Notes under the pieces: model-generated
Databases searched by the model: none
Told to the model about the DNA's origin: nothing
The model's input: only the letters and a program-made list of their open reading frames with translations
Part shown: piece after piece, positions 39,536 to 51,509 of the stretch
How the letters are laid out: each line of letters begins with the position of its first letter
Numbering within the stretch: the stretch's first letter is position 1
Made by a program: the position numbers and the translations under genes
NCBI RefSeq assembly: GCF_000143415.4
Contig: NW_003314298.1
Location: forward strand, 851,014 to 915,013
Direction: 5' to 3'
DNA length: 64,000 nucleotides
Origin: Selaginella moellendorffii
Taxonomy: Eukaryota; Plantae; Lycopodiophyta

Positions 39536-40833
39536 TTGAACGAGGTATGGGAGCTTTGAGTTTCTGGTGATGCCCTTCGGGCTATGTAATGCGCCGGCAA
39601 CGTTTTCGGCGCTAATGAACCACATCTTTGTACCCTATCTGGATCACTTCGTGGTCGTCTATATAGACAACATCCTGATCTATAGCGAGACGCTAGAGGA
39701 GCATGCCGAACACTTGGTGAAGGTGTTTGAGAAACTAAGCGAACACAAGCTGTATGCTAAAGAGAGCAAATGTGACTTTGCTCAACAAGAGGTAAAGTTT
39801 CTCGGGCATGTGGTGGGCCAGGACGGGCTCAAGGTGGACCCGGAGAAGGTCCAAGCGATCCAGGAATGGGAGCGACCAGCCAATGTACACAAGTTGAGGG
39901 CATTCCTAGGGCTATGCAACTACTATCAAAAGTTTATCAGACACGATTCGAGAGTAGCCCTGCCCTTAACGGACCAAACAGGAAAAGGGAAGATGGTGTG
40001 GACAGCGGAATGCGAGGCGGCATTCGTCCACCTCAAAGGGAAGTTGAGGAAGGCTCCCGTATTGGCATTACCAGACTTTGGTAAGGACTTTGAGGTAGAA
40101 ACGGATGCTTCGGACTTTGCGTTGGGCGCAGTTTTGAAGCAAGACAACCATCCAGTAGCGTTCTTCTCAAAGAAGCTGGACAAGGCTCAACGGAAGTGGC
40201 CTGCCCATGAGAAGGAATTGTTTGCGGTGGTCAAAGTGCTCAAGGAGTGGCGACACTACCTTGGGAGACACTTCAAGGTTTACACGGACAATGTGGCAAC
40301 GAAACACTTCTTGTCACAGCCCGACATAAGAGGGAAACAAGGTCGGTGGGCCAATGCCTTGGCCGAGTTTGATTGCGAAATTCTGTACAAGCCTGGGAAG
40401 AGCAACATCGTGGCGGATGCGCTAAGTCGAAAAGCGAGCTTGAGGTTGGCAATATCCAGCGCAACAGCAACCTTCTGGGACGATGTGTGGACAGCATATG
40501 AGAATGATGGTCTAGCACAGAAAGTGTTGCTGAGGAATCTAGAGGCGCGGGAAGCTCACCAGAGAGGTGAGCTGCCAACGGAAGAGAAAACGGGCTATGC
40601 GGAACGCAACGGACTCATTTATTACAAGCAAACGAGGGTGTATGTTCCAGAAGGGGAACTAAGGAAGGTGGCCTTAGAAGAGTGTCATGACGGACCTCTT
40701 GCGGGACACGGTGGAGTGCCCAAGACGATGGGCTTACTCAAAAGGAAGTACCATTGGCCAGATATGGCTAAGGACGTCCAAGACTATGTAAAGACATGTC
40801 CAACATGTCAGTAGGTAAAAGCTGTGACTATAG

Positions 40834-40995
<162 letters not shown>

Positions 40996-42720
40996 TGAAG
41001 AGTGGGGGCTTGTTGCAAAGCATCCCAATTCTAGATCGCCCGTGGAAATGTCTTACGATGGACTTCATCACGGGACTCCCCCCAAGCGAGGGGTTTGATG
41101 CGATATTCGTGGTGGTGGACCGATTTTTGAAAATGGCACACTTCATACCCACCACAACGGAGGTGGATGCGGAAGGTGTGGCAAAGCTGTTCTTCGAACA
41201 AGTGGTTCGAGTGCGGGGAAGACCGGAAGAGATCATCTTAGACCGAGATAAGATCTTCACCAGTAGGTTCTGGAGGACTCTCCTGGAACAGTATCGCACC
41301 AAGTTGAAATTCAGCACATCCTATCACCCACAGACAGGTATGGGGTATTGAGTCAAGTTGTTGGCACTAACACTTCTTGACAGACGGACAAACGGAAAGG
41401 GTGAATAGGCAGCTGGAGGATTATTTGCGATGTTATGTCTCGGGAGACCAGACAGATTGGGTAAGTCATTTGGGACTTGCGGAGATGTGTTATAACAACT
41501 CACCACATTCGAGTATCGGGGTGAGTCCATGGGAAGTCATCAATGGGCGAGCTATTGAAGGTCCTGTGGAACTCGGTGTGGCCGAGTATCATGGAGAGTT
41601 GCCCGCAATGGAGGCATTCACGGCGGAAAGACTCAGCATTTGGAATTTAGTGAGGGATTCCTTGGAACGGGCTCAACAAAGGCAAACCAAATACGCGAAC
41701 CAGAAGCGCGGGATGTAGAGTTCCAAGCTGGGGAGAAGGTGTGGCTGAACACCATGAACCTTAGACTACCAAGTGGGATCAGCCGAAAGTTGACCCAAAG
41801 GTAAAGATGCATGTATTTCTGTAAATGAATTGATCTTGAGTTCCTTAAGCAGGTTCGCGGGGCCTTACGAGATTGAGGCACGAATCGGTAAAGTGGCTTA
41901 CTGACTCCGACTTCCTCGAGAGATGGGGAAGATGCACCCAGTGTTCCACGTGAACTTACTCAAGTCGTACTTTGAGGATCCGCTTCGCAAGGACCAAGTG
42001 AGACCTTTACCTGAGGTTATCCAAGGGGAAGAGGAATACGAAGTCGAGGCCATCCTCAATGCGCGCAAGAGCAAGCGACAAGGACGCGAGGTGAGAGAGT
42101 TCCATGTGAAGTGGAAAGGATTTCCACACTGCGAAGCAACATGGGAACCGGAGGAGAACCTAGCGAACGCGCGAGATCTAGTGGAGGAATTTCTGCAAGG
42201 CAGAACTCTATGTACTTATGCAAAATTCAATCAAAAATATCAATTTGCAAAGTTGAGCAAGTGGCATATGTTGGGACCCAAAGGCGCGCCAAAGGTAAGC
42301 TAATTAGCATGGGTTGGATAGGTCGACTAGGCGTAGGGCACTACGCTCGACTCCCCGCGGGGATGTCGAATCCGTAGACATATTCTACGGAAGTTGGGTT
42401 CGAGTCCCAACTCCCTAGTAAAGCAAGGGTGGGTTCAAGTCCCGACCCCATACTAGGGCGTGGTGAGGTGAGGAGTATAGGGACACCTATATTCCGTTGT
42501 CATGGGCTCTTGGCCGGGGAGGCTAACTTAGGCACACCGCTAAGTGGGGGGATGCCCCCGGAGACATGGTCAACAAGTCATAGGATAAAATGAGACGTTC
42601 GATATGGGCATCGAACTTCTTCTATGGGTGGTGGAGTTGTAAGGAACCGACTCCCCGAGATGTCGTAGGCTAAAGGATCCCCAAAAGCTTGACCGAAATG
42701 ACAAAGAGTTCATCGGATGG

Positions 42721-42855
42721 GACCAAGTCGAGGATCGAGTCCAAGACCAACTCTAGGACCGAGTTCAAGATAGAGTCCGGAATCGAGTCCGAGACCGACT
42801 CGAGGACCGAGTTCGAGTCCAAGTTCGAGACCGAGTTCGAGACCGAGTCCGAGAT
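42721..42855. repeat. ~12-bp tandem repeats (gaccgagttcga-like) in the LTR
   Basis: Repeated gaccgagttcga / gagtccga units. Confidence 0.8.
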
Positions 42856-42984
42856 CTGAAATTGGGTCCGAAGCCCGAGTTCCGGACTAATGTCCAAATA
42901 CTTAATACAGCTCAAGGGGGTGAAAGCCACAAAGGCGTGCGTCTCCCAGGGGGGGGGGGGGGGGGGCTGCAGGGGGTCCGAGAT

Positions 42985-43084
42985 NNNNNNNNNNNNNNNN
43001 NNNNNNNNNNNNNNNNNNNNNNNNNNNNNNNNNNNNNNNNNNNNNNNNNNNNNNNNNNNNNNNNNNNNNNNNNNNNNNNNNNNN
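42985..43084. other. Assembly gap (100 N) with near-identical poly-G-containing flanks
   Basis: N run; caagggg(g)tgaaagcc...gcgtgcgtctccca-G(n)-ctgcagggggt occurs on both sides. Confidence 0.98.
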
Positions 43085-44509
43085 ATACTAATACGGGTCA
43101 AGGGGTGAAAGCCCAAAGCGTGCGTCTCCCAGGGGGGGGGGGGGGGGGGCTGCAGGGGGTTCCAAAAGTATAGTAGGGATAGTGAGGTCCAAGAACCAGG
43201 TCTTGAAGGAACTCTCCAGTGGTGCTTCCAAACTGACTTGAGGTTGAGACTGGGGCCGAGGGGCCTTGGGTGGGAGTGAGCATGGGCCTGAGTGGTGCCG
43301 GAGGGGCCACCCAGGGAAGTGCTCAAGAGCAGCTCCCACTCCCGAAAGGGAAACCGACTGCGGTGCTCCCGGCTCAGGTGGAGTGGTGCCCCACTTGAGT
43401 ACCTTGTGGCTCATTGGTCCTCGCCCTTCCTAGGGGCTTGGGCCTTCCCTTCGGGATGGAAGTGGGGGGGTAGAGGTACCCATACCGGGCCGTTAGGCCA
43501 TGGTGTTTCGCCCCGACGTCCCGAAGCAAGTGCTGCACCCAAGGCTTGGGATTTAGAGGGTCCTATGATCAAGTCTTGTGGTACCTTGGGGTGTTAAGAA
43601 TCTGGAGGCTTGGTGTGCTTGGCTGCTTGTGCCTGCAGGGAGTGTAGCCGAACCTTAAGTCCAGTCTAACCCGGGGAGGGGGATTGGGAGAGATTTGGGA
43701 ATCCGTAGATGGATGGCTAACACTCCGTTGCTCGTGCAGTGAGTAGCTGAAACCAAGTAGGACAAAGTAGGAGCTAGTACCATAGGCGAGAACCTTGGCG
43801 AGGGAACTTAGCACAAGCCAAGGCAGAGTTGGTCGGATAGTCGAGGTAAGCGGGCAAATTGGAAAGGAAAAATTTGTGGCTTACAACCCTCTCTATTGAA
43901 ATGTGTTTATGGTCCTAGGGGCATTGTGACATATCAAAGGATTTTGCATCAAGTTCTGTATTTGCATGTTTATCAAGCTACTGAATTGCAAAACCCTAAA
44001 CATGTGGCAAATGCTGCGTGAAGAAAGATGCCCTTTCTGGGCAAATGCTGTAAGAGGCAGATGCTGAGCAGATGTATCTCAGGCTAGCGAAGGGGACAAA
44101 CGAAAGCTAGCTATAAACATGATGGGATGCAAATAGATTACTAGGCTGGTCCTGCGAAAATCAAAATCCATAATTGAAAACATTGAAAATGCAAAAAGAA
44201 AGGTTTATAATATTTTTGAATTTTAAGCAACCAAAGGAATGTAAGTAGGGCATGTGTTTGTAAGTTTAAAAATGCCTCAACCACTTAAATTCCCAAGTAA
44301 ATAAAGTTGTTTCTATTTTTGGTACAAGTAAACTTTATAGCGTGTGGGCTCATGCAATTTTGAACCCAAAAATGCACCAAAAAATGCTCGACTAGCATTA
44401 TTCTTTGAATGGCGTGTGGCCTTATATTGCCATAAATGGACGTACACACACAACATAATTATTCCTTTACACGGCAAATAATTTTGGCGCGGATCGCTGA
44501 CACAGCATG

Positions 44510-47500
44510 TGAGCGTGTGGGAGCTCACGTCCATCAACATCAACTAGCACATATGCTCCACCTCCGATGTGTCACTAGACAAAGTAGGGGCCAGTCCAGC
44601 GAGGGGAGAATTTCGAAGGTGGAGTAAACTCCTTGAGTAGAACAAGATTGCCATCCTCAAATGGTTCAGCAGACTGCTGGTGATCGATGACTGACTTGAT
44701 CTTCTGCTTGCCTTGAAGGAGATGTTCCGATGTGGATCATCGCTGTTCTTCCAAGGCAAGAACCTCGAAGTCACGTGCATGAAGCTTGTCGTCATCGCTA
44801 AGTTGCATCGCTGCTGCATATCAAAGAGAAAGTGAGAGTGATGGCACTTGGATCTCCACTGGAAGCACGGCCTCTGTCCCATAGACAAGGGAGAATGGGG
44901 TCGTAGAGATGGATGTCTTGAAGGACGTCCGAAAGGCCCACAACGCCATAACCAGGTGTTTGTGCCAACGCCTTGGGTGATCTTCCACAAGCTTTGAGAT
45001 GACTATGTTCAATATCTTGTTGTTGGACTCCACCTGGCCATTGCACTCAAGATAATAGTTGCTGCTCTTCACATGCTTGACCTGCAACTGTTGGAGAAGA
45101 TGCTACATCACCTGTCCAAGGAAGCCGCTGCCACAATCGGAAATCAAAATAGCAAGAACTTCGAATCGGCAAATGATGTACTCATAGACAAACTTTGCTA
45201 TAGACTATTGATTTGCTTGTCGCAGAGGGGTGGCCTCAACCCATTTTGTGAAATAGTCCGTCGCCATGATGATATATCGGTGTCCTTTTGAGCTCAGTGG
45301 GTTGATCGGGCCGACGAAGTCAAGTCCCCACTGGAAAAAGGGACCCGGAGAAGTGATGAGCTGGAAAGGAAGACGTGGAACATGGCTCTAGGGGTTGAAC
45401 CGTTGGCACTGCTCACATGCTTTTGCATAGGCCAAGCTGTCCTGGTGAATTCGAGGCCAAAAGTAGGGCAAGAGGAGTTGTGCTGTGACCTGTCCCGAGA
45501 AATGCCCTGCACAAGAGTGGAAAGCATGAAGGAGCTCAGGGACCTCGTGTTCCCCCACACACCGCAACAAAACTTCCTGAGAAGTCCTCCTATAAAGGTG
45601 TCCGTCAAGAAGGCAAAACCCCCATGCTCAGATTTCCAATGCCTTTTGTTGTACTGTTGAGGAATCTGCTGGGAATTGACCTACACTGCAATGTCTTGTA
45701 ATGCTGCTGGGACCACAAAGGAAGTAGCTTCAGCAACCAGGAACTCGCTCAGATCCCTCACACGCTTCTGCCGCATGTGAAAAGTTGGCTGGAACTCTTG
45801 GATGGTCACAATCCAAGACAAAGTACGAGGACTATGAATTGGTCGTTGTAAAAGAAAGGTCAGCACATTAAAATAGACGTGGAAATGGATATGGGCTCCA
45901 GCGAGGAAGTGACAAAATCCCTCCAAGGTGTAAACAACAGCCATTGCTTCTTTTTCCGCATCCACGTACTTCTTCTCAGTCTCCTTGAATGAATGTGAGG
46001 CATAGTATGTTGCATGTGGTGGTTGGCCAGGCTGTGAACATTGGCAAAGGCATACTCCAAAAGCCTCTATACCCATTGTGATGTAGATGTCGAAAGGAAG
46101 TTGTCGCTCTAGTGGTTGGAGTACCAGGGCTGTGCGGAGTGACTGCTTCAGTGATTCAAAGGCTTGTTGTAGTAGAGCTATCAGAGGCCGTGAATGTGCA
46201 GCATAGTCATGGAGGAAACGGAGAAAGAAACCCATTTGACCGAGGAAGCTGCGAAGCTGCTTCACGTTGGTTGGTGGGTTCTGATCCAGAATCTCCTGAG
46301 CCTTGGCTACTTGGGGCCTGATCCCATCCTGCGAGACATTAAACCCTAGCAACCAGCCTTCAGTCACCCCGAATTTACACTTTGCCGGGTTCAATGAAAA
46401 CCTGTGTTTTCGGGAGCGAGTGAAGATCTGCTCCAAGTGCACAAGGTGGTCCTTAAAGGAGTCAGAGGTCATGCACAAATCATCCATATACATCCTCAAG
46501 GCACCTCCCATCAAGTTGTGAAAGGCGTGGGTCATAAAGCGCTGAAAAGTAGCTCCGGCATTACACAAGCCAAACGGGAGGACGTTGAAAGCGAAGACGC
46601 CCCAAGGTGTTCGGAAGGCTGTAAGATCTCGATGATCGGGATGATCTGGTTGTACCCTGAAAACCCATCCATGAAAGAGTAGTAACGGTGTCCAGCCATC
46701 TCATCCACAATTGCATCGATAAACGGAGATGGAAAGTGATCTTTCGCAATTGCCTTGTTCAAGTCTCAAAAGTCAATGCAGAGGCAGAGTTTTCCATTTG
46801 CCTTGCGTGCAGGGATGAGATTTGCCACCCACTCTGAGCTCTCCAAAGGGTAAATAAAGCCGGCTGCTAGAAGTCGCTCGATCTCCAACTTCATCTCGGA
46901 GTGAGCTACTGGGCTGAAATGCCACATCTTTTGACGGACTGGTTTGGCTGTCTCTGAAATCACAATACTATGCATGATTGTGTCCATGGGAACTCCTAGA
47001 AGCTGACTGTAGTCCCAAGCAAACACGTCCTTGGAATAGTGGAGGAGATCCAAGAGCTTTGCTGTGTTTGTTGAAGCAAGCGATGTGGCGATAAAGATCG
47101 GGTCCTTGTCATGACCCAGGAAAACGGCATGAACCCTAGAGTCTGGAGAAACCTTAGGCTTAGGGGGCTCATCTATCTTTGATTCCTCCCTGACCTTGGA
47201 AACCAAAGAGTAGGGAGTGCCTTTTGCCTCTCGCATCATGGTGATTGCTTGATGTGATAACCTGTCTACCCAAAGTTTTCTTCACGAGGGACACTTCAAA
47301 AAGTCACCTGGGAGAACTCATCCTTCAGGTTGACCACCTGTTGCCATAGCTCTTTCAAGTTCTCTTTGCTGACTTGGTATTCTCTAGTAAGTTGGTGTAT
47401 GATGAGTTGCACATCTCCAACAAAAGTGACTCGCCTAAACTTGAGATCTGTGGCCAACTTCATGGCATTGATAGCCACCAAGTACTCTATTTCATTAGCT

Positions 47501-49116
47501 GATGTTGCTGGCAAAGTGATAGAGAGGTTGGCTACTTTGTTCTCCGCAGAATCAATCATCCAAACTCCAATGCCGGCAACCTGGTTTTTGGGGTAGAAAG
47601 CACCATCAAAATAAGCTGTAATCATAGGAGTGTCCTCTTCTTCAAATAAAGATGTTGGGGACACCACATCCGGCAAGACCGTCTCTGGCAAGTCAGGCAA
47701 GAATGCTGCTATTGGATTCAGAGTCTTTGTCTGTTGTTCTCTTTGCTTCTGATGCTCTGAGTGCTCGATGTCCAATGCAAGGACTGTAACCAAGTACTCT
47801 ACAAGTGAAGGAAGATCCTCCACTGAAGTCCAGTCCAAGTCTGATGCTGAAGTTTCAGTGTAATATACTTGGACCTGTACCGGGAGCTCCATAGTAGGAA
47901 ATTCTGAACTCAAAGAGCTATAACTCACATACAACATGTCTGATTGGCTTGATTCTTTCTGCCAGTTCTATGTCTGGATGTCATCCTCCATCTCCAAGAA
48001 ATGGCATGACAAAATACGCTTGGAGTCGTTAGCTACTGCGATTTTAGTAGGAAGATGCTAGCTGTGTGACACCTCAGATAGTTGTTGAGGAGGATTGAGT
48101 TCGGCTGTGTCCTGTGAAAGATGGACTTGGTCTGGAGTGATTGTGTCGTCAAGCTCCATAAGAGAAAGTCGGTCTCATGCAAGAAAAAAATTGAGGAGCC
48201 CTTCCTCTATCGAGAAACACTTCAAAAAGTTGGATATGGGAGCCCGTACTTTATGAGCCCCGCCATCAAATAAAGAGAGCCTGTCTAGAGGCTCGGCCTT
48301 ACTCTCAAATAAAGAGAGTAAAGCTAAGAGATGTCTCGGGCTATCTGACTCACCTCCAACCATGTCAATTGCATTGCATGAGAAAGCATCTGTCATATAG
48401 ATGGTTGACTCCACCGCCAACTCAAGAAAAACCTCTGTGAACTCGAGAGAGAAGTGTGATGTGAAGGCCATCTTAGTCTGAGCCTACTGGGCTTGCTGAG
48501 AAAGAGCTCTACTGTGGTTGTTGAGAAAGGTGGTGCTATGGGTTCCATTGCTAATTTCCATCTTGCCTTTTGCGCTGTCAATGGTGGAATGGGTTGTGAC
48601 TTGCCATGAGCGGCAAAGGATGATAAAGTCCTTCAAAGAGGACATTCCAAGATGTTGGTAGTCAACCACGAGGAAATCTGCCTCAGAAATAACACCTGGC
48701 ACAGAGACCTTGACACCACAGCAAATGCCTACTGGAGGAATAGTGTGGTTGGCGAAGGTCTTGAGCATGATGGAGGAGCTCTCAATGATCTATAGCTATG
48801 CTAAAGGGCAGTTTTGAGAGAGATAATATTGCTTCCAGAATCAGAGTCAACCAAAGCATCTGTCCTACAAGAGGAAGTATCAATCTGCACAGGGACAAAG
48901 AATGGACCAAGATCGCCACCATATCTTGTCATGTCAACAATGTGCACCTCTTGAGGAGTCCTCTTGAGAGTGCTCTCTAGAGTTCCTGACCATGCAAACT
49001 CCTCTAAATGTTGGCCGAATCCCGGGACAAGACACAACATGTCTTGAAGCAAAAAGGTGACAGGAGTGTCAACCAGCTGTTGAAGAACTGGCTCTAGAAC
49101 AGGAATAGCTGTTGGA
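44510..49116 (-). mobile_element. Ty3/gypsy Tat-type retrotransposon, pol part (protease, additional RNase H, RT, RNase H, integrase); degenerate, 3'-truncated
   Basis: Protease ALVDSDSGSNII; aRH YFDGA...NEIEY...GDVQLII; RT LCIDF..LNKA...FMDGFSGYNQI, MYMDD; integrase NGQVESNNKIL...ALWAFRT...TPFSLVYG, WTGPYFV. Confidence 0.9.
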
Positions 49117-50196
49117 GGGGATGGTCCAAAGTTGAGTTGAGCTCATGAGTTGAGCTCAATTCAACACAAGTCAACTCAAGTCAACATAGTCAATAAGAAA
49201 TATTACAAAGGAGATCTAAATTGAACAAATGAAGGTTCTAGCAAACTTTAAAATATTAAAATACGTAAATATCTAAGTTAAAAGTTTCTATAAGATTGAA
49301 TTGTTTAAAAAAGACAAAGTTCATGAGAACCTATCTTTTATAAAACTATATTATTTTATTATGACAACTGTTACAGCTGTCATATTTGATTTGACTACTT
49401 AATATTTTGAATACTTTTACAGCTGTAGATACTATTCCTTCATTCAAAAGAGTTTTTAGGGTTCTTGAGAAGATGGGAAGCAAGGAAAATACAAGATCTG
49501 TGAGTAAGAGTTGTAGTGCAAAGGAATGTGAGAATGTTAATTTTGTTTCACTACCACAATCTCCATATTACACTCCTGGTCTTTATTACCCATCTGGGAA
49601 TGTGGAGACCACTATCACGATTGATAAAAATGCTCCTGTTACTTCTGAAACAACAGTCCAGAGCAAGAGAAATGAAGAAATGAACAGCACAGCGGAAAGC
49701 ACCAAGAAATCTACTCCATAAAACTTTCTATGACATTTGTAATTTACATATTAATTCATATTAAAAACTCTATTGCTTGCCTATATCGCAATCCTCTCAT
49801 ATGATAAGACCAAGGTATATTTTGCAGTGAATCCTCATTAAAAGTTTTTGGGAATTGTTTGTAAATAATGATAAAAGAAATCAAAATCTTTCGAAAGACT
49901 CAAAAGTAATATCACATCAAAGAATCAACTTTATCTACATTTCCAAGACTAAAAGGCAATCTCACATGAGAGAATGGTAGCGTGCCAACGTGCTCTACCA
50001 CTATAATGTGGTCTATATTTCCTTGCAATTTATTTCCGTAGACATTTGGCATGTGTAGAAAAGAATATATGTGTAGCAAAGTAGGATTCATCATAATGAT
50101 AGAGCATGTGTATACACGATAATCTAAAATTCTAGAAGCTCTTATGTTTACAAGAAAGCTATGATTATGAAGCCCCATTTCCAAGACTGACATTTA

Positions 50197-50334
50197 AAGA
50201 ATCTGAGTATTGTCAGTGTCATAATAAATAAACCTCATTCCCAAGAATCTGAGTATTGTCAGTGTCATAATAAATAAACCTCGTTCCCAAGAATCTGAGT
50301 ATTGTCAGTGTCATAATAAATAAACCGCATTCCC
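50197..50334. repeat. 3 x 46-bp tandem repeat
   Basis: aagaatctgagtattgtcagtgtcataataaataaacctcattccc x3. Confidence 0.95.
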
Positions 50335-50426
50335 AAGACTAAAACTTAGTATATAAACTATCTAGAAAAGTTATAGTCATTGTAGGTTTTTTGTTCTCCT
50401 TGAGCTCCTTAGAAGTTTATATTGAA

Positions 50427-50972
50427 ATGGCTCAAAGGAGACCCATTGCTAATCGTACTTGGCCCCCCAGCATTTCATATCAATCTCCACCTCCATCCCC
50501 AAGTTCTACCAACATTCCACCTTCACCTCTACGTAACAATCCTTTTTCTGCTGAGGGCTCTAGTGAAGCTGAATTAGAGCTCCCTATATGTGAAATTCCG
50601 GATCTTGCTACTAGAGAGGGATTGCCTTTAGCGCTTCAAGAGCAATGCCACATGTTTTTGCAAGATCTTGCTCCTGACATGGCAGGACTACTTGAAAGCA
50701 TAGAACGCTATTACATTCGGTGTCCAATATGCTACTTTTTCTTGGACAAGACAAATGGCTCTATGGGTTTACAAACTTTTCTTGAGCATTGTAAGAATTG
50801 CCCAATGGCAGGTCTGGAAAATGTGCACATGTGGATGTACAATAGATTCAAGAATGAGTTACAGACACATACCCACTATCGCTTCATGGTGAGGAACAAC
50901 ATCCCCTTGGGAAACACTACATTGGCTAGTGCAAAATATGGGGTTTTTAGGCCACCCTATAGTGGAATGTAA
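50427..50972 (+). CDS. Small transposon-borne zinc-finger protein (CxxC...H...H, zf-XS-like), copy A
   Basis: Intact ORF with TATATAAA ~75 bp upstream; RCPICYFF...GLQTFLEHC...HMWMYNRFKNELQTHTHY; paralogous to 59819-60271. Confidence 0.6.
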   Translation: MAQRRPIANRTWPPSISYQSPPPSPSSTNIPPSPLRNNPFSAEGSSEAELELPICEIPDLATREGLPLALQEQCHMFLQDLAPDMAGLLESIERYYIRCPICYFFLDKTNGSMGLQTFLEHCKNCPMAGLENVHMWMYNRFKNELQTHTHYRFMVRNNIPLGNTTLASAKYGVFRPPYSGM

Positions 50973-51184
50973 GATCTAGAATTACTTTACTATACTATAG
51001 TATTGTCACTATTAAAAGAAAAAATATAATAAAATGATATTAGTTGTAGGTAACATACCTTGTTCTAGAAGGTGCTATCATATCACATACAATTGTTTAC
51101 AAAATGTTGAAGGAGGAGATGGCAACACACAAACGCTACAAAGTGATGGTGACAGGTGAGAATGATAATCTATAATTATGGTAT

Positions 51185-51266
51185 CTGACACTGACACTGA
51201 CATCTGACAATTTTACTGACATCTGACAATTTTACTGACATCTGACACTTTCACTGACATCTAACA
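51185..51266. repeat. CTGACA-rich tandem repeat (19-bp unit)
   Basis: actgacatctgacaatttt units plus ctgacactgacactgaca. Confidence 0.9.
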
Positions 51267-51509
51267 TATAACAAGCTTTCCATTTTATGTAAGGATGCAA
51301 TTAACTTTCTTCTGCCTCATCATCAACATAATGATTTCTTTTATACTTCCTCCTATAGTGGTATTGTGGGGAAGATTCACCTTGCATATGTTGAGCCATG
51401 GCTTCTGCATAGTCAGGGAGACTTCGAAAGCCTCCAATTCTAGAAACTCCAGGTGATTGTGATCTATAAAATAGAATGAAATATATATTGAAATTTTAAT
51501 AAACATAAT

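Noticed and set aside
42900-43165. Duplicated poly-G segment as a real repeat or G-quadruplex pair
   Set aside because: The copies flank an N gap and may be the same sequence assembled twice.
49407-50193. Short ORFs near the MULE left end
   Set aside because: No motifs, AT-rich, no paralog in the window.
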